Source: Candidatus Shapirobacteria bacterium (GTDB lineage: Bacteria; Patescibacteriota; Microgenomatia; UBA12405). From it: DNA of 64,000 nucleotides. The stretch is taken from NCBI GenBank assembly GCA_028704635.1, contig JAQWFB010000003.1:56357-120356 (forward strand), given 5' to 3'. The notes under the pieces were generated by a model. It was not told the origin of the DNA. It made no database searches and saw nothing but the letters and a program-made list of their open reading frames with translations. The position numbers were made by a program, and so were the translations under genes. Positions 36,475-47,980 of this stretch are shown piece after piece; the stretch's first letter is position 1, and the number at the start of each line of letters is the position of its first letter.

Positions 36475-37759
36475 TTTTTAATTCTTCCTCTATCCTCATT
36501 AATCTATTATACTTACACACTCTTTCCCCTCGAGTCGGTCCAACTTTAATATAATCCGACCCAACTGCCACTGCCAAATCCACCATAAAAGTATCATTCG
36601 TTTCACCACCGCCGCGATGGCTTGGCATCGTCATCAAATTATTTTGTCTGGCCAAAAGGCAGCAATCCACAGTTTCCGTTAAAGTTCCCGCCTGATTTAA
36701 TTTAATTAAAATCGCTGTCGCTGCCTTCATGTCAATCGCCTTTTGCAATAGTTTTGTATTAGTCACTGTCAAATCGTCAGCGATCAATGGAAATTTCCCA
36801 TTAATTTTTTCCACTAATTTTGGCCAACTTTCCCAATCAAATTCCGACAACATGTCTTCCATTGTCACAATTGGGTATTTTTCAATCCATGGCAAATAAT
36901 AGTTGATCAATTCTTCACTCGTTAAAATTTTTCCTTCTAATTTCAAATCATACATTTTTGATTCCTCGTTGAAAAATTCCGATGCCGCTGCATCAATTCC
37001 CACTCCAGCATCAACCCCTGGAATATAACCAGCATTTTTAATTGCCTCAACAAAATACTCCATTGGTTTTTCATTCGAAGAAATTCCATTTGGAGCAAAA
37101 GCGCCTTCATTTCCCACATTAGTTGATAATTTTTCCGCCTTCAAAATCTTTTTTAAAGCGTTATAAATTTCCATTTCCATTCTCACGTTTTCGGCCGCTG
37201 TTTTCGTTCCCATCGCTCCAATCATAAATTCCTGCAAATCAGTCGTTTCATCGGCATGTTTTCCCCCTTCAATCATCACCATCATTGGTTTTGGTAAAGT
37301 CCAGTTCACCGTATCGAAGTCGCTAGACGAAGTTCCGCCAATTCCATAAATTTTTCTCAAATATTTATATAAAGGCAAATTCTCTTCATTCGCTTCTGCA
37401 CGAGCCACAGCCAAACTCACTCCCAAAATTGCATTTCCACCCAAAATAGATTTATTTTCAGTCCCATCCAATTCAATCATTTTTTGGTCAATATTTCTTT
37501 GTTCTCCGGCTTCCATCCCCACCAAATTTTCTTTAATAATAGTATTAATATTCTCAATTGCCCTTAACATTCCCTTACCGTTATATCGAGCCATATTACC
37601 ATCCACTAATACTGTCGCTTCTTTTGATCCAGCCGATGCTCCATAACTTACTGATGCCTCCCCAATTAATCCCGATTCTAATGTGACTGTCACTTCTAAA
37701 CTTGGGGCTCCACCACTAGCCAAAATCTCTCGTGCAAAAATATTTTTTATTTTACTCAT
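36467..37759 (-). CDS. eno: Enolase
   Basis: GASAG, GGNAILGVS, GGKHA, ILIKLNQ, SHR.GGET, KYNRLMRIEE. Confidence 0.95.
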   Translation of the reverse strand: MSKIKNIFAREILASGGAPSLEVTVTLESGLIGEASVSYGASAGSKEATVLVDGNMARYNGKGMLRAIENINTIIKENLVGMEAGEQRNIDQKMIELDGTENKSILGGNAILGVSLAVARAEANEENLPLYKYLRKIYGIGGTSSSDFDTVNWTLPKPMMVMIEGGKHADETTDLQEFMIGAMGTKTAAENVRMEMEIYNALKKILKAEKLSTNVGNEGAFAPNGISSNEKPMEYFVEAIKNAGYIPGVDAGVGIDAAASEFFNEESKMYDLKLEGKILTSEELINYYLPWIEKYPIVTMEDMLSEFDWESWPKLVEKINGKFPLIADDLTVTNTKLLQKAIDMKAATAILIKLNQAGTLTETVDCCLLARQNNLMTMPSHRGGGETNDTFMVDLAVAVGSDYIKVGPTRGERVCKYNRLMRIEEELKNE

Positions 37760-37815
37760 AGCCCATTATACAAAATCTTAAATTATTAATTCTTAACTAG
37801 TAACTATTAATTATT

Positions 37816-38673
37816 TTATGTCTCCGGTCGTCCTAAAATTCTTTTGACTAATTTTTTTATCCAAAAACTCTTAAATTGTCCCAAGCGGTCGTTAAAATTA
37901 ATCTCACTTTTAACCCATAAATTTCCATAATCGTCCTCATTTTTATCACTATACTTTTTATCCAAAAATTTTTGTGAGGCAGGGAAGTGGATTTGAATAT
38001 ATTCATCCACCCAAAATATTTTTTTATAAATTTTTCTAAAAAATTCTATCATTTCTTTAATCTCCGAGCCGGCATTTTTTGCCCCCCATGGCCAATATTC
38101 AAAAAATATTATTGGTTTACTTTTTTCTATTGTTTCTTTTCCGCCTTCAATCACCAATGGCTCAAACCCCTGGACATCCATTTTAATAAAATCAATTTTT
38201 GTAAATTCTAATTCTCTTAATAAATCATCCAACCTCCTACAAAAAACAGGAACAGACGGCCCATTTCCCCACATCCTATGATCTCCATAATTTTCTTTAG
38301 ACTCGTAAATCCCCATTTTTTTATTCTCACTTCCCATTGCCGCTTGCACTGCCACCACATTAAATAATTTATTTTCTTTAATATTTTTTTGCAAAATTTC
38401 AAAGTTAATTGAATCCGGCTCAATCGCAATTACTTTTCCATTGTTACCAACTTTGTCAGCAAATAAAACCGTATCATAGCCAATATTTGCTCCTATATCC
38501 AAAACGACATCTCCAGCTTTTATTTTTGACAACATTAAATCAGTCAAATACGGTTCATATTTTTCCAACGCCACTCTTTGTCCCACATATTTATCATCTG
38601 GCAGATAATAAAAAATATATTTTCCAAAAACTTTAACTTTTTCTAATTTCATTTTCACGCTTAATTTTATCAA
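37816..38673 (-). CDS. FkbM family methyltransferase (start may be 38652)
   Basis: VLDIGANIG, IEPD, IKMDVQGFE. Confidence 0.88.
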   Translation of the reverse strand: MIKLSVKMKLEKVKVFGKYIFYYLPDDKYVGQRVALEKYEPYLTDLMLSKIKAGDVVLDIGANIGYDTVLFADKVGNNGKVIAIEPDSINFEILQKNIKENKLFNVVAVQAAMGSENKKMGIYESKENYGDHRMWGNGPSVPVFCRRLDDLLRELEFTKIDFIKMDVQGFEPLVIEGGKETIEKSKPIIFFEYWPWGAKNAGSEIKEMIEFFRKIYKKIFWVDEYIQIHFPASQKFLDKKYSDKNEDDYGNLWVKSEINFNDRLGQFKSFWIKKLVKRILGRPET

Positions 38674-38734
38674 TTTTTACTCGATATTCTTCGTGCTAAA
38701 ATCGTATACACGATTATTTTTTAAAAATATTTTT

Positions 38735-39022
38735 ATGACCAAAATCCATCCGGTTCCTGGCTTTTTATTAGTCGAACCACAAAAAAAAGAATCCACCACT
38801 GCCTCCGGCATTGTTCTCCCTGAATCTCATCAGGACAAACCTCAACAAGGAAAAGTTTTAGCCATTGGTGATGCCACTTTTATTGATGGTCGAGAAGTTA
38901 AATCCCCTTGTCAAATAGGCGATATTGTCGTTTATAAAGAATGGGGTGGCAAAGAATACAAGGAAGATTCCGTCGATTTGTTATTATTAAAATTCGACGA
39001 CATCATGGCAATCATAAAATAA
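38735..39022 (+). CDS. groES: Co-chaperonin GroES
   Basis: TASGIVLP, KPQQGKVLAIG, DIMAII; ATG 38735. Confidence 0.95.
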   Translation: MTKIHPVPGFLLVEPQKKESTTASGIVLPESHQDKPQQGKVLAIGDATFIDGREVKSPCQIGDIVVYKEWGGKEYKEDSVDLLLLKFDDIMAIIK

Positions 39023-39027
39023 TTTAA

Positions 39028-40695
<1,668 letters not shown>

Positions 40696-40710
40696 ATCAA
40701 AGTCTTTTCA

Positions 40711-40742
40711 TTAAAAACCCTCCCTAATCGGAGGGTTTTTAA
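40711..40742. terminator. Bidirectional terminator
   Basis: TTAAAAACCCTCC-ctaatc-GGAGGGTTTTTAA. Confidence 0.85.
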
Positions 40743-41494
40743 TTCAAATCCAATACTATCGGAAGTAATTTCTTCAAAAATTCTAAAAAATTAGAAATTT
40801 TAATAACACCGATTTTACAGAGAAAGCAAATTAATATAGAAACTATAAAAATAACTAATAACCATCTTAAAATCCAACTTAATGTATTACGTAAAAACTT
40901 TTTCAAAAAACCACCAAAAATTTTAGATTTCTTTTCTCTATTTATTTCAATCATTGCGTTTGTCAAAACTTCTATTCCGTTTTCACCCAGTTTAAAGGCG
41001 TACTGGGCATATTTATCTTTCTCTGAATTTAAATCTTCAGACGCTAAACCTAACAGTTCTAAAAATTTAGCAAACCAAAAAATTATTTTATTCCCTTCAG
41101 CTCTTATCAAACCATATTTAAAGTCATCCTTTAATAACAATCTCTCGATTTCCTTTTTTTTTCGAGAAATCTCTTTGATTTTTGTCGTACAAAAAATAAG
41201 CCACTTATCTCCTTCTAATGATTTAATTACGTCACTACCTGATTTTGTTATTTTATCTTTTTTATCTATCCAACCTATTTGTCTACAAAAAAACAACATA
41301 TCTGGGTCAATCAACCACCCATCCATGTAATACTCAAAAAATTGTTTTGTCTTTAAGAAACCGTTTTCTTGTTTTCTCCACTCTTGCCTTTTCTTATAAA
41401 GGGCAGTCTCTTGTGTTGCATTAACAAGAGGTAAATTATTTTCCCATTCTAATGGGTCAAAAGTAGTCCTTTCTTGATTTATTCCTAAACTCAT
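40739..41494 (-). CDS. Hypothetical protein with C-terminal TM helix
   Basis: ATGA-coupled to the upstream 1004-aa ORF. Confidence 0.6.
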   Translation of the reverse strand: MSLGINQERTTFDPLEWENNLPLVNATQETALYKKRQEWRKQENGFLKTKQFFEYYMDGWLIDPDMLFFCRQIGWIDKKDKITKSGSDVIKSLEGDKWLIFCTTKIKEISRKKKEIERLLLKDDFKYGLIRAEGNKIIFWFAKFLELLGLASEDLNSEKDKYAQYAFKLGENGIEVLTNAMIEINREKKSKIFGGFLKKFLRNTLSWILRWLLVIFIVSILICFLCKIGVIKISNFLEFLKKLLPIVLDLN

Positions 41495-44400
41495 TTAAAT
41501 ACCCCCATAATGGAGTTGTAAGGAATAGTTCCTGCAATCTCTTGAAGGTATTTCTTCTGAACATCTTCAATTTTTGTATTTAACCAATTTATATCTTCAA
41601 TATTTTGATTTTTTCTAAGCCATTTTTTAGTTTTTTCTATTGCTTCTAGTCTAGAATCCAATTCAATATTCCCCAAATATCCAAAAAATATATTCCATAA
41701 ATAATTTACAAAAGGCCAAACCTTTTGTCTTTCATTAGTGTTTAATCTTTCAACAGACAAATCCAATAAGGAAATTAATTTATCAAGATATTTTGGATTT
41801 TTTAACTTCATTATCGGCCCAGCAAAATAGAAATCATTGGTCTCGTTTTCTGCCGGTCCAACTTCATGAACCACACCAGTTGGAATAGTCAATCCCTCTA
41901 TTTCTTCTTTTTTACCTTTAATTCGGTCAATTCTCCAGTCAATTGACACCTCGTCACCAAATCTCCTAATTAAAATTCTATTAGCAATTTCCGCTAAATT
42001 TCTTTTAGTTTCATCTTCACTTTTAACACCATCAGTAAAAATACTTTCACAGTATTTTTTCTCTTCTTTAGTTTTTTTGATAAATTTTCCCAATACTTTT
42101 AATGCATGTCTTTGGTCATAACCAGAAACTTTTGAATCACCAATAAAAGATTTTAGTACTTTAACCACTTCATTTTTGTCGGTTTTCTTTTTTAAATTGA
42201 ATTGAACAAATTCGACGTAGGCCGATGGTAATAAGTATCCAGTATCATCATTTTTATCTAAATAAATTTTATTAATTCTTTCCAACTTTGAACTGTCTAC
42301 TTTTCCAACTATTTCACCAACGGTCACACGGTCGTCGGAGTAGGCAAATGGAATAAAATCAATAAAATCTTGATAATATTTTTTTAATTTATCCGGGTTT
42401 AATTTTTGAGTTGTTCGCATTGCGTCGCCATAATATTTGACATAGTCAGTAATATTGTAATTTTTTGCCCCATCGACACCAAAAGTATTTATTTTTACCT
42501 TTACTTTTTGTGGTTTGGCTTTTTCCAAAATTTCATCAACGGCTAAGTTTTTTAATCTTGTTAATTCCTCTTTTGAGACCTTACTTTCAAGCTCTTTTTG
42601 ATTTTGATTATAATATTCAAAAACGGTTGGAAAATATCGGTTATCTCCTGGTTCAAGTAATTTTTTAAACTCTTTATATTTACTATCAACCGGATCTTCA
42701 ACAACTTTTTCCTGTTTAATATCTTCTATCAATTGAAGCCTTACCGCTTCATCTTTAATTTTTACCCCATCATCTTTTCTATACCATCCAACTCGCCAAA
42801 CTGTCATATTTGCAAATCGGTCACTATCATTATCAATTTCTTTTATTTCAGTAAAAAATTTTCTCAAATCTTCTTTTTGGATTATCCAAGCCATTAAATC
42901 AACATAGTTATAAAGCAACTCAGATTTATTCTCTCCACTGTTTTTTAAATTTTCTAAAAGTTCAAATAAATATCTTTTTTCCTTATCTGATATTATTTCG
43001 GCTAATTTTTTGATGAAATATGATTCATTAAAACGATAATAACGGTTCTCACTAAAAGCCAAAGCGATAATATTTTTTAGTAATTTAGAAATATCTTTAT
43101 CAAAATATTTTCTGATTCTTTTAATAATTATTTCATCACGTGGATCTTTTTCTTTATTAAAAATACTTTCCTTGTCTAAAAATTCACTCAAAAAACTAAC
43201 TTCAGTGGCAAAAAAGTTTAATAATTCTTTTATTCCTGTTTTTGAGGTTATTTTATACAATGCATATCTACCATAAATATCAATTCCATGTTTATTTATT
43301 CCATCAACCACAGCCTTAATCGATTCATGATTATTTGGATCCGTATTTCCACAAAATCTCACGAATGCCTCTTTCACCAGAGAATCACTGTGACTGAAAC
43401 ATATTTCTTTAAGTTCAGGAATTAGATTTGGGTCTTTGTAATATGCCAAAACGTCCAAAGATTTTCTTTTAAGAACTCCATTTTCTTTATCGTCATTTTT
43501 AATTAGCTCAATCAATTTAGCTTTCCAAAAAATCAGACTTTCTTTAGTTAAAATTTCTTTTCTGAATTCAAAAACACCTTCTAAAATCTCTAAAATATTT
43601 CCCCATCTAACAATATTTTCAGTTCTAGTTCCTTTAATATTAATTTTTTCTTCTAATGACAGTATTTGCTCTTTTGAGGCATATTTTGAAAGCTGCTCAA
43701 TTGACCAATTTGAAATCCAGATTGTTTTATCCCAATAAGATTGGAAAATTAATTCAAAAATTTCAGTTTTAGTTTCATTTTTTAATAAATTAGATTCTAT
43801 TGAAGTTATCGCATTAGAAAAATATTCATCAACTGTATCTTTGTGACTTTTTGAGAAATTTAAAAGCCACTCTAAAACTAAATCACGAGTGTCAGTTTCT
43901 AACAAGAATCTTATAACCCCATACCAACTTGGATTTATCGCTTCAAACTTATCTTTTTTAACTATAGCTAAAAAATCAAGTTTTTTTATCGGCTCAGTTC
44001 TTAAAAAATTCTTTGCAGCCAAAAATTCTTGAATAATATGGTGATAAAATCCAGTTTTTAAAATTTTTTTATCTTTTTGATCCGGTCTATCTTCAATTAT
44101 TTTTTGAGAGTATAAATAATTAATTTCGTCTTCGACAACACCATCTTCTTTTGATAACCATAAAAATCTATCTTTATGGATTTCATTTGCCTGAAAATAT
44201 TCCATATTAATCGCCAAATCGTCAAGTTTCTCTAGTAGTAAATTGTCAGGTATTAATTTATCAAAAACATAATTTAAAAAATCAAATCTTGAATCAGGAA
44301 CTCTTTTTTTATCCCTAATAAATTCAATCAAATAATTCAAATATATTTCCCTAGAAATCAAACTATTGTAAGCATCCATTCTCCAAAACATTTCCACCAT

Positions 44401-44505
44401 CTCCTGTGCTTTGATTTTTGTCATTTTAAAGCCAGTAGGGTAGTTAGCCGCAATCAGTTTTTCGATTATTTCACTATTATCTAATCTTCCTGTTATAAAG
44501 GACAT
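41491..44505 (-). CDS. Large helical-repeat protein resembling the C-terminal part of a NACHT/STAND protein
   Basis: FYHHIIQEFLAAK winged-helix-like motif, W..VI.FL; no Walker A. Confidence 0.55.
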   Translation of the reverse strand: MSFITGRLDNSEIIEKLIAANYPTGFKMTKIKAQEMVEMFWRMDAYNSLISREIYLNYLIEFIRDKKRVPDSRFDFLNYVFDKLIPDNLLLEKLDDLAINMEYFQANEIHKDRFLWLSKEDGVVEDEINYLYSQKIIEDRPDQKDKKILKTGFYHHIIQEFLAAKNFLRTEPIKKLDFLAIVKKDKFEAINPSWYGVIRFLLETDTRDLVLEWLLNFSKSHKDTVDEYFSNAITSIESNLLKNETKTEIFELIFQSYWDKTIWISNWSIEQLSKYASKEQILSLEEKINIKGTRTENIVRWGNILEILEGVFEFRKEILTKESLIFWKAKLIELIKNDDKENGVLKRKSLDVLAYYKDPNLIPELKEICFSHSDSLVKEAFVRFCGNTDPNNHESIKAVVDGINKHGIDIYGRYALYKITSKTGIKELLNFFATEVSFLSEFLDKESIFNKEKDPRDEIIIKRIRKYFDKDISKLLKNIIALAFSENRYYRFNESYFIKKLAEIISDKEKRYLFELLENLKNSGENKSELLYNYVDLMAWIIQKEDLRKFFTEIKEIDNDSDRFANMTVWRVGWYRKDDGVKIKDEAVRLQLIEDIKQEKVVEDPVDSKYKEFKKLLEPGDNRYFPTVFEYYNQNQKELESKVSKEELTRLKNLAVDEILEKAKPQKVKVKINTFGVDGAKNYNITDYVKYYGDAMRTTQKLNPDKLKKYYQDFIDFIPFAYSDDRVTVGEIVGKVDSSKLERINKIYLDKNDDTGYLLPSAYVEFVQFNLKKKTDKNEVVKVLKSFIGDSKVSGYDQRHALKVLGKFIKKTKEEKKYCESIFTDGVKSEDETKRNLAEIANRILIRRFGDEVSIDWRIDRIKGKKEEIEGLTIPTGVVHEVGPAENETNDFYFAGPIMKLKNPKYLDKLISLLDLSVERLNTNERQKVWPFVNYLWNIFFGYLGNIELDSRLEAIEKTKKWLRKNQNIEDINWLNTKIEDVQKKYLQEIAGTIPYNSIMGVFK

Positions 44506-44686
44506 TTATTTTATAACCTATAAAACACTATTTCTAGTGGCTGTCCACCATCATACCCACTACCACTGGACCACGTCAATAGATTAAAATATATCAAAAC
44601 CCCAATTTACAATTAATCCGCGGATAAATAATCAAATCCCTCCTTAAATGTAGGTTTTTTTGATAAAATAGAGTACTTTTCAATCT

Positions 44687-44760
44687 GACGCGGTAGTCAA
44701 GCGGTTAGACAGCAGTCTGCAAAACTGCGTAGATGGGTTCGACTCCCATCCGCGTCTCCA
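44687..44760 (+). tRNA. tRNA-Cys(GCA)
   Basis: Acceptor GACGCGG/CCGCGTC, arm GCAGT-CTGCAAA-ACTGC, discriminator U, encoded CCA. Confidence 0.95.
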
Positions 44761-44905
44761 AGTATAAATTCTATCCTATAATTTGCATTTTTTCATTTTT
44801 TTTAGTACAATTCCACCACTTTATTAACTGGCCACAATAGGCGACTGGATTAATAAATCCCCACATTTAAAATCAATAAAACTGAAGTTAGAAAGGAAGA
44901 TTTTA

Positions 44906-45304
44906 ATGGCGAAACATAATCCTTATAAGTATTGTCGGAACCCAAAAGATTATCAAGATATGGAAGAGGCTTTAGACCAACAAGAAGCTGCAGAAATTAA
45001 GGTTTTTTTAAAATTCAACAACAATGATCTTAAGGAACTTCCACAAATTTGGCGTTTTGTTTTTGGCTTTTTGTTTATTTTTACGACAGTCATCTTAATT
45101 GCTTTTGACAAAAATCCTAAATTTATTAAAGCCCATCCGATCGAAATTATAACCTCATTTGTGCTTATTTTTTTGATCGCAGCCATACCAACTTTTAAAG
45201 CCCTACTAACAAAGAGAAAATTAATTCATAGGTTGGAAAAATTAGAAAATAAAAAATTCCAAACAACCTCAACAGCAAAAATAATTAAATTTCGACCGAA
45301 ATAA
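44906..45304 (+). CDS. 2-TM hypothetical protein (cassette 1)
   Basis: SD AAAGGAAG; two hydrophobic helices. Confidence 0.7.
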   Translation: MAKHNPYKYCRNPKDYQDMEEALDQQEAAEIKVFLKFNNNDLKELPQIWRFVFGFLFIFTTVILIAFDKNPKFIKAHPIEIITSFVLIFLIAAIPTFKALLTKRKLIHRLEKLENKKFQTTSTAKIIKFRPK

Positions 45305-45327
45305 AAACCTTTAGTTTTATTGATTTA

Positions 45328-45380
45328 AGCCGGTAGGTAGACTACATATTAAATATGTATACACCGCCGGCTCTTTTTTT
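45328..45380 (+). terminator. Cassette 1 terminator
   Basis: AGCCGG...TACATATT-A-AATATGTA...CCGGCT, then T7. Confidence 0.8.
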
Positions 45381-45494
45381 GTTATAATGTAATTACTTTA
45401 TTGATTAGTCTATTGCAGACTTTTTTAATAAATTCCTTGAAAATCAATAAAACTTTGCAGTTTGTGTTTTAGAAAAAGAAAGGCGGTTTTGTCA

Positions 45495-45878
45495 ATGTCA
45501 AAGAAAATTCCAACGTCGACGCTGGATGAATTTTTTCATCTTACCAACAATGAAAAAATCAAGGTGGCCCACGTTGGCTATACCAAGGAAGGAGATTTGT
45601 ATTATGTAGATGAGTATGGAGATATAGAAAGGGTTGTAAGTAGAGCTAAAATCGTAAATAGTTATATTTGTAATAGCAATGAACCCTCTTCAGAAAATTT
45701 AAGTCTTAAGATCAAAGATTTAGTTGTCCAGAGAACATTTTTGATGTGGTTGGTTATTAAAATAAACAATCTTGAATACAAAAAAGAAAACTGCGGTAAA
45801 ATTAAAATCCCTTTTTCTACCTTCGTAGTTTTAACTTCACTAAACATAGATACAAAAATATTTAAAATAATTAAGTAG
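45495..45878 (+). CDS. Hypothetical protein (cassette 2)
   Basis: SD AAAGGCGG before ATG 45495. Confidence 0.6.
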   Translation: MSKKIPTSTLDEFFHLTNNEKIKVAHVGYTKEGDLYYVDEYGDIERVVSRAKIVNSYICNSNEPSSENLSLKIKDLVVQRTFLMWLVIKINNLEYKKENCGKIKIPFSTFVVLTSLNIDTKIFKIIK

Positions 45879-45903
45879 TCAGTTTTATTGATTTTCATTT
45901 TAA

Positions 45904-45950
45904 ACCGGGCAGGTTTGTGCATTAGCATAAATTATGTCCGGTATTTTTTT
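45904..45950 (+). terminator. Cassette 2 terminator
   Basis: ACCGGGCA...TGTCCGGT, then T7. Confidence 0.8.
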
Positions 45951-46047
45951 ATAATTTTTAGTACAATCATTCACTTTATTAATCAGTGTCTTTAAGAGAA
46001 ATTAATAAATCGTTCCTTTAAAATTAATAAAACTAATAAAGAAAGAG

Positions 46048-46515
46048 GTGTTATTTTTGGTTAAAGATGTTTTTTTTGTCAGACATGGGGATTATAGTTT
46101 TAGCAGTGGGAAACTTAACAGTGAAGGAATAAGGTTAATCAATATCCTCGCAGACGAGATATTGCCTTACACCCTAAATAAAAAAATTGTGATTCTTTCA
46201 TCATCGGCAATTAGGACTTTAGACAGTGCTGAAATCATTAGTAATAAACTCAATATCCGTTTTGAAACCAAAGAAATATTATGTCCAGATAATAATTTTG
46301 ACCTTAAAGCTGTTTTTAATCTTATTCAATCATATATTGAAGAAGCTGATATTCTTATTTTAGTCACTCATTTAGAGTACACCGATGTATTACCGTATTA
46401 TTTTGCCTGTAAACAATTAAAAACAACTAGTCTTAAGTCATTTCCTATTCCTAAAGGCAGCGCATGGCACATCAATTGTGTCGAAAAAACTATAAAAATA
46501 ATTAATCCCCAGTGA
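46048..46515 (+). CDS. SixA-like histidine phosphatase (cassette 3; start may be TTG 46057)
   Basis: RHG, SS..RT..SA.I, LVTH motifs. Confidence 0.8.
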   Translation: MLFLVKDVFFVRHGDYSFSSGKLNSEGIRLINILADEILPYTLNKKIVILSSSAIRTLDSAEIISNKLNIRFETKEILCPDNNFDLKAVFNLIQSYIEEADILILVTHLEYTDVLPYYFACKQLKTTSLKSFPIPKGSAWHINCVEKTIKIINPQ

Positions 46516-46535
46516 GTTTTATCGATTTTAAACCG

Positions 46536-46578
46536 GGCAGGTCAATGCATTTTTTAAATGTATACCTGCTATTTTTTT
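46536..46578 (+). terminator. Cassette 3 terminator
   Basis: GGCAGGT...ACCTGCT, then T7. Confidence 0.8.
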
Positions 46579-46579
46579 G

Positions 46580-47158
46580 TCAAAAATTTTCACAAACACC
46601 ATCCGCCCACATTCCTATCTTTTTTTCTTTTGCCATTTTTTCTACTTTTTTGAATTCTGTCTGAAATTTATAATCAATTTTGTAAGTATATTCCATACCA
46701 AATCCTTCCTCCACTAATTTTTTATTAACCAAAGTTCCATCTTCTAAATAAACATATCGTAGCAATCGGTCATATTTATCTTTATTATCTTGACTACTAT
46801 CAGCCTCCAATTTTATTTTTTTATTTTCCATTAATTCTTTTGCTCTTTTAGTTGCCTCTTTTTCAAAACATTCATTTTTTTCCGGGGTATCAATTCCAAC
46901 CAGTCTTATAGATTCCTCTTTGCCGTTAATTTTCACTATCACTGTGTCACCATCAATTACTTTTACCACTTCAACTAATTCTTGTTCTTGTTTCACAATA
47001 GGAGTTGTTACTGCCAGTTTTAGTCTTTCAATTGGATTAATATTCTCTTTTACTACTTTTCTTTGATTTCTATTTTGTAAAATTTTAAAAACCAATATTA
47101 AAAATAAAATTCCAGCTATTGTCCATCCCAAATTTTTTATCTTAAAAATCTTTCTCAT
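46580..47158 (-). CDS. Thermonuclease (SNase) family membrane-anchored nuclease
   Basis: VIDGDT, RLVGIDTPE, DKYDRLLRYV; ATG 47158 coupled to the upstream stop. Confidence 0.92.
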   Translation of the reverse strand: MRKIFKIKNLGWTIAGILFLILVFKILQNRNQRKVVKENINPIERLKLAVTTPIVKQEQELVEVVKVIDGDTVIVKINGKEESIRLVGIDTPEKNECFEKEATKRAKELMENKKIKLEADSSQDNKDKYDRLLRYVYLEDGTLVNKKLVEEGFGMEYTYKIDYKFQTEFKKVEKMAKEKKIGMWADGVCENF

Positions 47159-47607
47159 TCTCCTATCACTTGTACCAAAACTTTTCTTGGCCGACAACAA
47201 TCTAATTCAATTGCAAAAATTTTTTGCCACATTCCCAATGTCATTTTTCCATCAATAATTGGGATAGTTTCCGAGTTTCTCATCAATAAATGAGTGCAAT
47301 GTGAATGCCCGTTCAAACAATCCGACGCTCCCGACTGACAAACTAAATTTTCAGTTCTCTTTGTTAAATCATTATGTTCATAATAAGCATTTTTTGGTAT
47401 TAATTTATCAGTTAAATTCTTAAAATCAGCCACAATTCCTTTCTCTTTTTCATTAATGCAAATTGATAAAGTCGTATGAGTTGAATAAATTAAAACATTC
47501 CCATTTTTTATTTTACTTTCTTCTACAAATTTTTCTACTTCATCAGTCAGATCTCTAAATTCCATATTATCACTACTTGTAAATTCAATTGTCGTATTTT
47601 TGATCAT
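47155..47607 (-). CDS. yjbQ: YjbQ/UPF0047 family protein
   Basis: HTT....NE, Y.HN, NGHSH, LG.WQ.IF..ELD. Confidence 0.9.
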   Translation of the reverse strand: MIKNTTIEFTSSDNMEFRDLTDEVEKFVEESKIKNGNVLIYSTHTTLSICINEKEKGIVADFKNLTDKLIPKNAYYEHNDLTKRTENLVCQSGASDCLNGHSHCTHLLMRNSETIPIIDGKMTLGMWQKIFAIELDCCRPRKVLVQVIGE

Positions 47608-47635
47608 AGCAATTTAGTCGAGAGCTATTTTAAAA

Positions 47636-47980
47636 TCATTTGCTTCTCATTACTCTAATTATCCAATATCCCAAATATGCCAATAAAAAAAATTCAATTC
47701 CACTCACTATTAAAAAAAACATTCCAACTCCATTAATAATTAGGCCAAATCGATAATAATCCCAAACCACTCTTGCCACAGAATAAGCCAAAATCGGCAT
47801 CAAAAAAACTATTCCCACTAAAAACATCTGCGATTTATCCCTATCTTTTACAATTAATTTTTTAAACGTCAAAAAGGGTTGTTCAATCATATGATACAAA
47901 TTACACAACAATTTCCAAATCTGCCTTATCGTTATCAAAAAAACTAATTCACTTATTTTTTTAATCCTTTTTTTGATCAT
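47636..47980 (-). CDS. Membrane protein downstream of the ECF sigma factor (possible anti-sigma)
   Basis: 2 TM; overlaps the sigma gene end. Confidence 0.5.
   Translation of the reverse strand: MIKKRIKKISELVFLITIRQIWKLLCNLYHMIEQPFLTFKKLIVKDRDKSQMFLVGIVFLMPILAYSVARVVWDYYRFGLIINGVGMFFLIVSGIEFFLLAYLGYWIIRVMRSK

Larger units (their letters stand above)
44783..46578 (+). repeat. Tandem array of three single-gene cassettes with homologous leaders and trailers
   Basis: Arms 44870-44887/45309-45326, 45438-45454/45881-45897 and 46017-46034/46515-46532; shared leader hairpin and CCGG-N1-2-AGGT terminator start. Confidence 0.88.

Noticed and set aside
38674-38699. CIRCE-like element before groES
   Set aside because: Only ACTC and GTGCTAA match, and the spacing is off by one. 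TGCTAAAAT is better explained as an extended -10.
44783-46578. CRISPR array or integron attC cassettes
   Set aside because: Units are ~600 bp with whole ORFs and their own promoters. No constant short spacers, cas genes, intI or RYYYAAC/GTTRRRY ends.
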